A stretch of 64,000 bases of DNA. It comes from a virus (Duplodnaviria; Heunggongvirae; Uroviricota; Caudoviricetes). Location: the IMG/VR virus record IMGVR_UViG_3300028832_002797; one strand, written 5' to 3'. Positions 54,698 through 63,951 of the stretch are shown in pieces. Positions within the stretch are counted from its first letter, which is position 1, and each line of letters begins with the position of its first letter. The position numbers and the translations under genes are program-made. The notes under the pieces were generated by a model. That model had not been told where the DNA came from. It saw nothing but the letters and a program-made list of their open reading frames with translations, and made no database searches.

Positions 54698-55465
54698 TTA
54701 TCGTGATACATAGCTTTCACAGGATTCTTCTTTTTTAATAGCACGCATTTTTGCATATGAATCTTTACTGTCACCTTCAAATTTATCTAAATCACTTAAT
54801 AAATTACAATTATGGATAATTGCTTTTGCGGTACATTCTTTAAATCTTCTAGCATCATCATTGTTTTTAATTGAAAGTATGGCATTCAAGTTATAGAAAA
54901 AACAGTCTATATCTTCTTTATCTGATTTTACCCTAATAGTCTGATATGTATGATAAAAGCCTTTTGTTTTTCCAATAGAATATATACAATTTTTTATAAT
55001 GTTTGCTCTGGCAGAATTTTTATTTACGAACATTTTACCAAGTTCATAAGTATCAAAACTATATTCTAGTTCATAAAATTTATATTCATATCTATATGTT
55101 TTAGGGTCATTTTTCAAATGATATTTTCCAACTCTTTTATTATATCTTGCACGTACATTTAAAATAACGTCATTATCTGGATGTTTTATATTGAAAATGA
55201 TTGTAGAATATGGCAGTATGTCCTCAGGTTCAGATGTAATGCCATTATATGTTACTGGTGCTATTTTAAATGCTGAAACATCATAACCGCATACTTCAAT
55301 ACCATATTTTTCAAACAGTTTAATAATCTGAAAAATTTCACCTTTTCTTGCTGTTATTTCTTTCTTTGTCTGTTTGACTACATCAATGACTTTATTATAC
55401 TGTTTGATATGTTTATCAAGAAGTTTATTAATATCGTTTCCAATTTTAATATCTAAATCTTTCAT
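54698..55465 (-). CDS. hypothetical protein, family-X paralog 1 (255 aa)
   Basis: Shares the KYGIEVCGYDV / GYEIVYHEI / GYKIIGYSMF block and the K.GKYHL / KLYLTIRHK / GRYYMTLRGK block with 55877..56455 and 56457..57053. Confidence 0.45.
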   Translation of the reverse strand: MKDLDIKIGNDINKLLDKHIKQYNKVIDVVKQTKKEITARKGEIFQIIKLFEKYGIEVCGYDVSAFKIAPVTYNGITSEPEDILPYSTIIFNIKHPDNDVILNVRARYNKRVGKYHLKNDPKTYRYEYKFYELEYSFDTYELGKMFVNKNSARANIIKNCIYSIGKTKGFYHTYQTIRVKSDKEDIDCFFYNLNAILSIKNNDDARRFKECTAKAIIHNCNLLSDLDKFEGDSKDSYAKMRAIKKEESCESYVSR

Positions 55466-55467
55466 AA

Positions 55468-55875
55468 TTAGCCAGGCAAAGAATCCAAAGCTTCTTCTGT
55501 TTCACTCTGTTGTACTCGCAAATAGATATTGCGATAATCAATGACGTTTTCGTAGATTGCATTAAATACGGTCTTGATGTCTCGCAGTTCTCTACTGTTA
55601 AACCAGATAGTAAAAGAATCTGCACTACGTTGATTTCCATTACATAGAATCATGCATTGATTATGAAGTTCAATGCAAAGCTGATTTCCAGGAATATGGA
55701 AAAACTTCGAACGTTCTGGACGAATAAAGTTATGATGAATTAAGAATGAATGAACAGTATCATGAACTTCGTCAGAAAACGGAATGGCATCACTTATCGT
55801 ATTAAGGAAATAAGCATGCTGTTCAGTCGGTGTCATTTCCCTAAAACTTTTTATTTCTTTTTTCTTTCTAGCCAT
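55468..55875 (-). CDS. hypothetical protein (135 aa)
   Basis: ORF track with verified ATG. Confidence 0.4.
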   Translation of the reverse strand: MARKKKEIKSFREMTPTEQHAYFLNTISDAIPFSDEVHDTVHSFLIHHNFIRPERSKFFHIPGNQLCIELHNQCMILCNGNQRSADSFTIWFNSRELRDIKTVFNAIYENVIDYRNIYLRVQQSETEEALDSLPG

Positions 55876-55876
55876 A

Positions 55877-56455
55877 TTAATCCAGTTTTTTAAGGGTTTT
55901 AATCATTTGCAAATTTTTCTTTGCCATTGCACAAACATATTCTTTATATTTTGTGTAATCTTCTTCAGTTACGATATTAGACAAACCGTCAACCAACAAG
56001 AAGAACGTATCAATCTTTTCGGGTTCCGTATCTGCGAAGATTTGGATAAATGGAGTTTCCTGTGTAGCACGAGCATAATAGTATTTTGCACTATGCTTCT
56101 TGCTGACAAATCCGGTCTTGTGACGGATAGTCAAATACAGCTTATTCTGTTTATCTTCTTTCTTTGAAGCCGAGATATTGTAATTCAGAACGACTGGATG
56201 CTCAGAATCTTTCTTACGGATATGAATAGACGAAATTTTGTTTTCGACATACGTATTCTGAATTATTGGTTGTTCGATTTCGTGATAAACGATTTCATAG
56301 CCTCTTGAAGTGATGAGATTTTCAAGAGTTTCTGCGTCTGCCTGATTTTTCGTAAAAATACCTTTATACCGTTCAATGGAACGGTCACGCATATCGTTGT
56401 AGTATTTCTTGATACGCTCGATATTGTCATCTATGATACTTGAAAAACGTGCCAT
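55877..56455 (-). CDS. hypothetical protein, family-X paralog 2 (192 aa)
   Basis: Conserved C-terminal ...TLKKLD versus ...LLNTLD in paralog 3. Confidence 0.45.
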   Translation of the reverse strand: MARFSSIIDDNIERIKKYYNDMRDRSIERYKGIFTKNQADAETLENLITSRGYEIVYHEIEQPIIQNTYVENKISSIHIRKKDSEHPVVLNYNISASKKEDKQNKLYLTIRHKTGFVSKKHSAKYYYARATQETPFIQIFADTEPEKIDTFFLLVDGLSNIVTEEDYTKYKEYVCAMAKKNLQMIKTLKKLD

Positions 56456-56456
56456 A

Positions 56457-57053
56457 CTAATCCAATGTGTTAAGAAGGTTCAAAGTTCTCATATCTACAC
56501 GAGCCTTGTAGCAAATACCTTGAGAATAATGTTCAGAACTCTGAGTTCGACGAACTTCTTCCATACCGTTCAGCAACGTAAAGAAAATATCCTTCAATTC
56601 GCGACAACTGTCTACGCGAACATGACAACGCGGGCGAGCATTCATCGCATTCAGCATTACTCGTTCCTGAGCTACCAAGTCATCGCTATATTCCTTGTTA
56701 TACATGGACTCGTCAAACTTTCCGCGTAACGTCATGTAATAACGACCAGTCTTTTTCTTATTGTTACTGGCAATATCGACATGGTGCTTGATTCCGTCGC
56801 CCTTCTGGATAACAAGAGAAACACGGTTAGATTCGAAATTAAACATCGAATAACCGATAATCTTATAACCGTATTCTGCCAACATGTCGTTGAAGCGAAT
56901 AATCTGTTCCTTGTAGATTGCTTCAAGTTCTACGCTTCTAACACGTTTTGATTCGATGACATCCCGAAGAGACTGGATCTGTTTTTCGAGTTTTTCTTCA
57001 TCGCGATGAAATGCGGCATTGACTGATTCTAGGAAATTATTATACATGACCAT
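56457..57053 (-). CDS. hypothetical protein, family-X paralog 3 (198 aa)
   Basis: Tandem with paralog 2. 1-nt intergenic gap. Confidence 0.45.
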   Translation of the reverse strand: MVMYNNFLESVNAAFHRDEEKLEKQIQSLRDVIESKRVRSVELEAIYKEQIIRFNDMLAEYGYKIIGYSMFNFESNRVSLVIQKGDGIKHHVDIASNNKKKTGRYYMTLRGKFDESMYNKEYSDDLVAQERVMLNAMNARPRCHVRVDSCRELKDIFFTLLNGMEEVRRTQSSEHYSQGICYKARVDMRTLNLLNTLD

Positions 57054-57110
57054 AATATAATAAAAAGGCTGACTTTCGTCAACCTTTTTTATTTTAACTA
57101 TTACAGTGTG

Positions 57111-58400
57111 TTAATCTTGTTTCAAAGTTACATTAATTTCATAACCCTCACCGGTCTTATAGCTAGGAATATATTGAGTAATGAGTTCTTCGAAATATTC
57201 CTTATTTTCTGGATATGTAAGGTTATAAGTATTACCATCCATATCTTCTTCAGTGAGGTCATATTTCATTTCAACATTACAGAACTTAACCCAGTTTTCC
57301 GGAGTTCCGGTAATCTTGAGAGCCCAAGTTCTTTCGGAATAAGTGGTAAAGTAAGTAATGTAGTTGGAATTTTCACCGTAAGGACCATCATGACCCCAGT
57401 CTGCAACCGGTTCTTCATCAACATCCTGAGAAACAGTAGCCTGTGTATGCTGTTCGGAAACAGTCAAGCCGTAATTGGCAAAGAAATCCTTGATAGCAGC
57501 AGTATCTACCCATGTCCAAGATTTACTAGAATCAAAATCAGCCTTTCTGTGAATCATACCGACGGTAGTGCTACCCATCTGACGAGCATCTTTACCGATT
57601 GCATTAGCTTCAGCACGTTTTTTCATAGCACGCTGAAGCATAGCCTTACGGGTTTCAGCAGTTTCCTTAGGAGCTTCTTCACCCTTCTTAGGTCTGTAAT
57701 CTTCAAGACCATAGGCCCTTGCATTCATGTAATATATTCTACGGCCTGCAGAAGTACGATTGTCGGCAGACTTTGTTGTTTCGTGCTTGATGTAAGTATT
57801 GACAATAAGAGTAATTTCGTTAGTTGCTTCGTTGAGAACCGCTTCATAGCCGAGACGCTTGAGGGTTTCAAGTGCTTCTTCAACTTTGTTTTTACCCTTA
57901 TCAGACTTCTTTGACTTAAACGCAAACCACTTGGACTTCTTGTTTTTCTTCTTACCTCCGCAGCAGCAACTTTCGTTTTCAAGGTTCGTTTCTGGATCCA
58001 CATAGGAATCATCTTCGAGACCTGTTTGCTGTTCGTCCTGGACTGCCTGTTCTGGAGTACCGAACATCTTAACGAATTCATCATAAGAAGTTTCATTGAA
58101 CCATACTGGAATTTCAGTATCGTTCATTTCTGCCTTCCAAAGTTCATCGTCACCGTCAAACGGATAATTGAGGTCCTGTAAACCATTTACCGGCAAGGCG
58201 TCATGCCAAAGAGTATACTGGTCATCTTTACCGCCGAGTGCTTCGTATTCTTCGAACCAATCATTACCGGTCATATTGGAAGTATCACAAGAACCGTCTC
58301 CGCATTCATTTACGAAATTGTTACGGAAAGAACGGAATTCATGTCTGAACTTTACAGATTCTGGAAGAATCGCATAATTTTGTTTATCGTGAGAATACAT
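57111..58400 (-). CDS. hypothetical acidic protein (429 aa)
   Basis: ORF track. Confidence 0.45.
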   Translation of the reverse strand: MYSHDKQNYAILPESVKFRHEFRSFRNNFVNECGDGSCDTSNMTGNDWFEEYEALGGKDDQYTLWHDALPVNGLQDLNYPFDGDDELWKAEMNDTEIPVWFNETSYDEFVKMFGTPEQAVQDEQQTGLEDDSYVDPETNLENESCCCGGKKKNKKSKWFAFKSKKSDKGKNKVEEALETLKRLGYEAVLNEATNEITLIVNTYIKHETTKSADNRTSAGRRIYYMNARAYGLEDYRPKKGEEAPKETAETRKAMLQRAMKKRAEANAIGKDARQMGSTTVGMIHRKADFDSSKSWTWVDTAAIKDFFANYGLTVSEQHTQATVSQDVDEEPVADWGHDGPYGENSNYITYFTTYSERTWALKITGTPENWVKFCNVEMKYDLTEEDMDGNTYNLTYPENKEYFEELITQYIPSYKTGEGYEINVTLKQD

Positions 58401-58419
58401 TTAACCCCTCCTAATAAAA

Positions 58420-58797
58420 TTAAGCGGTGAATGTGTTCTTTGCATTAGAAATGTCAACACCGATATGACGGAAGAGGTCAACCATAGTACCACCAGCGTT
58501 AAGACCAATCTTCTGGTCAACGAAGTTTTCATACTTGGCCTTGGCGTCAATAGAATCGAACTGGTCTTCGGAAACGACCTGATTCTTGGCGTAGTCGACG
58601 ATAGCCTGGACGAGATCCTGAGCAAGGTTCTTGAAACCTTCCTTGAGGTCACCGTTCTTTACGTACTGAGCAATAATGCTAGCAGCACCGCTCATCGGAG
58701 CTTCAGAAGGCTGAGCCTGGGGAGCAGCAGCAATAGCAGCTTCTTCGTCGAGCTTCTGGCGCATATAGGTCTTGAAATCTACATCTTTAATATCCAT
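58420..58797 (-). CDS. hypothetical protein (125 aa)
   Basis: ORF track. Confidence 0.4.
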   Translation of the reverse strand: MDIKDVDFKTYMRQKLDEEAAIAAAPQAQPSEAPMSGAASIIAQYVKNGDLKEGFKNLAQDLVQAIVDYAKNQVVSEDQFDSIDAKAKYENFVDQKIGLNAGGTMVDLFRHIGVDISNAKNTFTA

Positions 58798-58824
58798 AAT
58801 TGTTTCTCCTAAATTTTTTATTAT

Positions 58825-59175
58825 TTATAGTTCCTTGGCCAGTTCCTTAACTGCGTCCTTGTATTTCTTTATCAGAATACGAGTTTCTGCACCGACTTCA
58901 AGAAGCGGTTTTCCAGCCTTGTAAACACGCTTGTTGGCTTTCATCAAAGACTTGATTTTTCCCTTGTTCTTACTTCCAGTAAGAGTGAACGTTACTTCAC
59001 CTCCCTTAGAAACGGTAATAGAACCGATTTCACCGGTTTCATCGGAGCAAGTCATTGAATTGTCAACGATTTTAATCTTGGAATCGCTATAAAAACTGTA
59101 CTTGAATCCAGCCTTTGTAAGAATATCCAAGATTTTGTTTAATTTTGGGTCAATTTCTTTAAAATCTCTAGTCAT
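58825..59175 (-). CDS. hypothetical protein (116 aa)
   Basis: ORF track. Confidence 0.4.
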   Translation of the reverse strand: MTRDFKEIDPKLNKILDILTKAGFKYSFYSDSKIKIVDNSMTCSDETGEIGSITVSKGGEVTFTLTGSKNKGKIKSLMKANKRVYKAGKPLLEVGAETRILIKKYKDAVKELAKEL

Positions 59176-59192
59176 ATATTATTTATAAAACC

Positions 59193-59708
59193 TTAGTAAA
59201 ATTTGGCATTTTTATAGATGTAGAAATCGACGTCAAAATCGTCACCTTCTTGACCATGTGCTTCGCCGGTCTTTTCCTTTTTCCACTTAGTTTCGTCAAT
59301 TTCAGGGAAGAACACATCTGCTTCCGGAAATTCTTGATTAATGTCTGTAACATAGATATAGTCTACACAGCCCGTATTCATCATCTGGCGATAGATTGTC
59401 GCACCACCAATAATGAATACTTCTCGTTCATTTCGTGAGGCCACGTAGTCCATTGCGAGCTGTAATGTGGGTTTTACGATGCATCCTTCGGCCTTGAAGT
59501 CAGGATTGCTGGAAACTACAACATTTGTTCGATTCGGAAGTGCTTTTCCGATAGATTCAAAACAGCGACGACCCATAATGACACAGTGTCCGCTTGTAAT
59601 TTCCTTGAAATGCTTCAAGTCAGATTTAATATGCCAAGGCATACAATTTTTGGAACTAATACCGATTTCGTTATTTCGTCCCTTAGCTACAATTAAACTT
59701 ATTTTCAT
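59193..59708 (-). CDS. frd: Dihydrofolate reductase
   Basis: ISLIVAKGRNNEIG...MPWH...VIMGRRCFESIG...NVVVSS...IGGATIY is collinear with bacterial/T4 DHFR. Confidence 0.8.
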   Translation of the reverse strand: MKISLIVAKGRNNEIGISSKNCMPWHIKSDLKHFKEITSGHCVIMGRRCFESIGKALPNRTNVVVSSNPDFKAEGCIVKPTLQLAMDYVASRNEREVFIIGGATIYRQMMNTGCVDYIYVTDINQEFPEADVFFPEIDETKWKKEKTGEAHGQEGDDFDVDFYIYKNAKFY

Positions 59709-59718
59709 AATTTAGTCC

Positions 59719-60096
59719 TTATAAAAGTTCTTCAAATTCGGACATATCTAGTTGACGTTCTTTATACATCTTTCGACTTTCACGAATTTTGATTTTGCGT
59801 TTTTCAGTTTCTTTCATTTTTATATACTGATGAGCATTAACGTGTCTATAACAATATTTTAGACATTTGCCCATTTTGATAAGCAATAAATGACAGATAT
59901 GGTGTTCTTTCGGAGAAAGTTCAATTTTATTTTCTTTCTTATTGCTTCCGCCTTCGGACCTGGGTATGATGTGATGGTTTTCAATTTGACCCATTAATAA
60001 TCTGTTTTTTGCTCGCTCGATTATCTTATTATAGATTCTTTCGTAATCCAAACTAATATCCCTTATTGGAGGTTGTAGACAATTCTCTTTCTGCAT
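59719..60096 (-). CDS. HNH endonuclease (free-standing homing-type)
   Basis: HHIIPRSEGGSN...N...H motif. Located between conserved metabolic genes. Confidence 0.6.
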   Translation of the reverse strand: MQKENCLQPPIRDISLDYERIYNKIIERAKNRLLMGQIENHHIIPRSEGGSNKKENKIELSPKEHHICHLLLIKMGKCLKYCYRHVNAHQYIKMKETEKRKIKIRESRKMYKERQLDMSEFEELL

Positions 60097-60514
60097 CTTT
60101 CTGAATGTCGTTCGACATAAAGAAATCCGATGGTATTCCTAGAATTTCTGGAACACTAGAATTCTTAATTCTATAACAGCGTTTTACCCTATCCTTTTTG
60201 TACATTTTAACAGCATAGCCAACGTCTGTAAAACATTTGTAAAGCTCATGACCGTTAAAAATATGTGGAACGTCTTTATCCATAATATGTTTCATTTTTT
60301 GCATATTCACAAGTATGTATTTTATAATATTGGTATTGAAATAATGAAAATTCAAACCGATAAAATACTCTTCCATTTCCGGTGCATAAATGCAATAGAT
60401 AACTGGTTCGTGGTCAGTTCCGACCATATCTTTTGCCGTATAATTGAAAGTATAAAAATAACCAGCAATCATCTGGCTAGTATATATCAGCGAATTATTA
60501 GTATCAACAGCCAT
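60053..60514 (-). CDS. hypothetical protein (153 aa)
   Basis: ORF track. Overlaps the HNH start by about 40 nt. Confidence 0.4.
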   Translation of the reverse strand: MAVDTNNSLIYTSQMIAGYFYTFNYTAKDMVGTDHEPVIYCIYAPEMEEYFIGLNFHYFNTNIIKYILVNMQKMKHIMDKDVPHIFNGHELYKCFTDVGYAVKMYKKDRVKRCYRIKNSSVPEILGIPSDFFMSNDIQKDAERELSTTSNKGY

Positions 60515-60609
60515 ACATTATTTATGTTAATATAGCTTAATTTAAAGGAAAACAAACAAAAAACTCAGTAAGAATACTGAGTTTTTGAATATAAAGGATT
60601 GTTTGTCTA

Positions 60610-61488
60610 TTACTTCTTGAGAGCGGCTTCGCGGAGTTCCTTCTTAGCTTCTTCGATACGCTTTCTGATCTTAGCATTGATAGCAGTCATAATCGGTTCA
60701 AAGAGCAAGTCATAACGGGATTCGTTGAGCTTACCAATGAGGTAGTCGCTCTTAGCGTTCAAGTAACGACCCTTACGGTGCCAGTAGTTGTAAGCTTCAG
60801 ACTTAGTAGCGTCGTCTTCGGAAGTATCTTCCTCACCTTCGCCTTCAGAACCTTCTTCAGATTCGCCTTCGCCTTCAGAACCCTCTTCAGATTCACCTTC
60901 ACCACCTTCTTCGCCTTCGCCTTCGGTACCTTCTTCAGATTCACCTTCACCCTCAGCGCCGTTATCTTCGTCACCAAGTTCAGCGTCTCCAAAATCTTCG
61001 GTGCTAGCTTCTTCAGATTCGCCTTCACCTTCGCCTTCTTCGGAACCTTCTTCGTTATTGTTTCCAAGGTTTTCTACCTTGTCAGACAAAGTTTGAATTG
61101 CGGTTGTAAGAGTGGAGAGGAGGTCCTTGAGTTCGGTTGTCACACCGGCTTCAGCTTCCTTGGCAGCGCCATCGTCTTCTTCGCCTTCACCCTTGAAATC
61201 TTCGAGGTTGTCGGTATTTTCTTCACCTTCGCCTTCGGCAGGAGTTTCGTCATCGGACTGAGATTCGTCGTCAGAACCCTCTTCGCCTTCAGCACCTTCT
61301 TCTGGTTCTTCAGAAATATCGAGATCTGAATTCTTTTCATCCTCGTTAGAAAGTTCTTCGAGGTTTTCTTCACCAGTAGAATCATCGGAAGTTACCGGCT
61401 TTTCTTCGTCACCGTCCAAGAAGCCTTCATTGAGGCCCTTCTTGTTGGCACGCTTCCATTCTTCAAAAATTTGCTGTTCGTTTTTCAT
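60610..61488 (-). CDS. highly acidic Glu/Gly-repeat protein (GEGEGESEEGSEGEGE...), possible DNA mimic or internal virion protein
   Basis: About 150 aa of (G/S)E(G/E) repeats, with DNA-level tandem repetition at 60780-61080. Conserved basic C-terminus. Confidence 0.5.
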   Translation of the reverse strand: MKNEQQIFEEWKRANKKGLNEGFLDGDEEKPVTSDDSTGEENLEELSNEDEKNSDLDISEEPEEGAEGEEGSDDESQSDDETPAEGEGEENTDNLEDFKGEGEEDDGAAKEAEAGVTTELKDLLSTLTTAIQTLSDKVENLGNNNEEGSEEGEGEGESEEASTEDFGDAELGDEDNGAEGEGESEEGTEGEGEEGGEGESEEGSEGEGESEEGSEGEGEEDTSEDDATKSEAYNYWHRKGRYLNAKSDYLIGKLNESRYDLLFEPIMTAINAKIRKRIEEAKKELREAALKK

Positions 61489-61548
61489 ATTTTTAAATCC
61501 TCTATATTCTTATTTATAAAATTTTTAAAAAGGCTCGTTTTTGCAAAA

Positions 61549-61953
61549 TTAAAGGGTATTTCTAAATGTTAACATTTCTGGAGAATTATACATTTCATCA
61601 AATTTCTTAGTAAGTTCAACACACTTTAAGAAACTTGTCGTGTTATTAGTGATAATATCACGGAAATCCCTATAATATTCGTCAAGAGTAGTCTTGTAGT
61701 TCTTGCTGAGCTTGAACATATCCAGAACTGCAGCACTCTTGAATTCCTTCTTGAGTTGCTTGATTGTAGCTGGGGTAAGGGTCTTGATATAACGTTCAAC
61801 AGTATCAACCGCAGCCTTAAGAACGACGTCAGCCTTGATTTCTTTCTTATCAGCACATGTGATAAGACGAGGACTGATGAGAGTATAAATCAACGGATTG
61901 TTTTCCATCGAACTAAACTCTGCAGATTCATTCATTAAATAGTCTCTTAACAT
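61549..61953 (-). CDS. hypothetical protein (134 aa)
   Basis: ORF track. Confidence 0.4.
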   Translation of the reverse strand: MLRDYLMNESAEFSSMENNPLIYTLISPRLITCADKKEIKADVVLKAAVDTVERYIKTLTPATIKQLKKEFKSAAVLDMFKLSKNYKTTLDEYYRDFRDIITNNTTSFLKCVELTKKFDEMYNSPEMLTFRNTL

Positions 61954-61977
61954 ATTGTTTTCCTTTTGACTTGTCTT

Positions 61978-62793
61978 TTAATTATTTATTGCCTTCTCCA
62001 ATTTAGTTATACGCTTCTTTATGTCAGTAACTACATTATTTGCGATAGTTTGAGCAGCTTCTGCATCTTCAAGAGCGGTTACTCTTTCGTCAAGTGCTGT
62101 AATTCTTGTACTTAGGTCATGAACACTTTCCTTTAATTCGGCAATATAATTCATGACTACATCGCATTCTTTATTGGTAACTAGGGTATACGGATAACTA
62201 TTTGGATTTTCTGGGTCATCAGCAGACGGTTCATAAGTAACTGATAAAACTTTTTCAAATGCCAATTCGCCGATTGGATTAAATCTTAAAACATGGTCCT
62301 TTGTACCGTTTCCAACGAAATATGTCGGATCTGCATAAACTTCCTTGAGGCATGCACTAGTTGCCGAATAATATGCCTTTTTCGCAACTTGAGCAGAAAT
62401 CGCAGAAAGTTTACTGTAAATATCCGGCACTGCACTGGCAGCACTTGTCCAATTTTCCCAGTTCTCTCCAACAACCCATGCTGCAGAAAGCATTTCAGAA
62501 ATTCCAGAGAGAGCACTTAATCCACTAAAATCGTTGATATTCAATGCTGTAAAACCAAGTACAGCAGAAATCGAATTCCACATGTTAATGTCTTCGTAGG
62601 TCACGCAAACGCATTCGTCAGCGGACGGAGGACAACAAGGAGCATTCCAAGGAACCAGTGCTGCAGGTTCGGAATCGTTCCAATGATGCCAGTAACGATA
62701 ATGAGGCCAGTCCGGATGAACATTTGGACCTGGCCAATCCGGTCCGTAAGGACGCGGAGGATAGGGTGGATATGGTGGATAACCGTTATTCAT
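61978..62793 (-). CDS. Pro/Tyr/Trp-rich N-terminus protein with C-terminal coiled coil (271 aa)
   Basis: N-terminus GYPPYPPYPPRPYGPDWPGP. C-terminal heptads TALDERVTALEDAEAAQ. Confidence 0.45.
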   Translation of the reverse strand: MNNGYPPYPPYPPRPYGPDWPGPNVHPDWPHYRYWHHWNDSEPAALVPWNAPCCPPSADECVCVTYEDINMWNSISAVLGFTALNINDFSGLSALSGISEMLSAAWVVGENWENWTSAASAVPDIYSKLSAISAQVAKKAYYSATSACLKEVYADPTYFVGNGTKDHVLRFNPIGELAFEKVLSVTYEPSADDPENPNSYPYTLVTNKECDVVMNYIAELKESVHDLSTRITALDERVTALEDAEAAQTIANNVVTDIKKRITKLEKAINN

Positions 62794-62864
62794 ATTATAT
62801 TTATAAATTTTGAAAACACCCTAAATTTTGGGTGTTTCAAAAAATTTTTATATAAAGTATTTGA

Positions 62865-63218
62865 TTAGAGATACTTGGAAGCGATGTCCATAGAATAATC
62901 AAATGCAGACTTGCGTGGTGCTTCAGCTGGTGCAGCAGGGGTGGCAGAAGTTTCAGTACCAGTCGAAACCGGTGCTTCAGCCGGTTTTGCAGCAGGTGTA
63001 GCCGGAGCTTCAGCTGGCTTAGCGGCAGGAGCCTGAGCTGGCTTAGCAGCAGGAGCAGGAGCCGGAGCAGGCTCATCAGCCTTACGAACATTATAACCAG
63101 CAGCCATTGCGATATTGCGTGCCTGTTCTACCTCATCCTTCGGAAGTTCAACGGTATAACCGTTATTACGAACCATACGCTTTGCTCTGATAATATCTTC
63201 AACACTGTAATCACTCAT
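62865..63218 (-). CDS. small protein with Ala/Pro-rich (PAPAPAPAAKPAQAPAAKPAEAP) linker
   Basis: ORF track. Confidence 0.4.
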   Translation of the reverse strand: MSDYSVEDIIRAKRMVRNNGYTVELPKDEVEQARNIAMAAGYNVRKADEPAPAPAPAAKPAQAPAAKPAEAPATPAAKPAEAPVSTGTETSATPAAPAEAPRKSAFDYSMDIASKYL

Positions 63219-63258
63219 ATTTTTTCCTCACTATGTTTTGAATGTTATAACTTATTTA

Positions 63259-63951
63259 TTAAATTTTTACTGTGCCATATTTCTTGGCAGTATCATCATT
63301 CTTCGCCCATGCATTTAGAGTTCTCCAAATTTTTTCGCAACGTTGTGCAATTTGAGAATTCGGTTCCTGAATGATTTTGATTGCTGTTTGTGTAACAGAA
63401 AGGAATTCGTCTGTTTCACGGTCATAAAGAACAGAATTACTTCCAGTATCATCACTGAAATATTCTACTTCAATAGGTTCTTCAAGCGGGTCAGGGAAGA
63501 TTTGAACTAAATCACAACCCTGTCTCATATATACATTTCCTTCGGCGTCGACTTCAAGACCATCCGCAAGTTCCTCAGTAGTAAACAATTCTTTATTTAC
63601 ACTCTTGTCTCTATCCCAAGCAGCTTGAATAGCGTCTTTCTTCTGAGAAAAGTATTTAACCATTTTATTCTTACGCCAAGTGTCCTTGCTCTTAAATTTT
63701 GTCCAACTAAACTTACCGTCTTCGGTAGTCACGTCAGCCCAGGAAATACCACCCGGGAAAATATTTTTGGAAAGGTCATAGGCATTATTTGCCTTGCTCA
63801 ATTCATCCGGATTTACGATAACATCACATATCGTATCAATATCATTTACGGCGTCATTAATCATAACTGTGTTTCCTTCGATTGCGCCGTAAGTGCTATT
63901 CTTGTATTCTGGATCTACATACCAAGTATCACCACTCTTCGTAATATGCAT
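63259..63951 (-). CDS. hypothetical protein (230 aa)
   Basis: ORF track with verified ATG. Confidence 0.4.
   Translation of the reverse strand: MHITKSGDTWYVDPEYKNSTYGAIEGNTVMINDAVNDIDTICDVIVNPDELSKANNAYDLSKNIFPGGISWADVTTEDGKFSWTKFKSKDTWRKNKMVKYFSQKKDAIQAAWDRDKSVNKELFTTEELADGLEVDAEGNVYMRQGCDLVQIFPDPLEEPIEVEYFSDDTGSNSVLYDRETDEFLSVTQTAIKIIQEPNSQIAQRCEKIWRTLNAWAKNDDTAKKYGTVKI

Noticed and set aside
54698-57053. ADP-ribosyltransferase (Alt/ModA/ModB-like) assignment for the three tandem paralogs
   Set aside because: ExE-like motifs (HEIEQ, YELEY) occur, but before the candidate Arg, and no STS motif is present. The R-STS-ExE order is not satisfied.
57108-57914. 268-aa plus-strand ORF
   Set aside because: Antisense to the 429-aa minus-strand gene, in a block where all supported genes are minus-strand.
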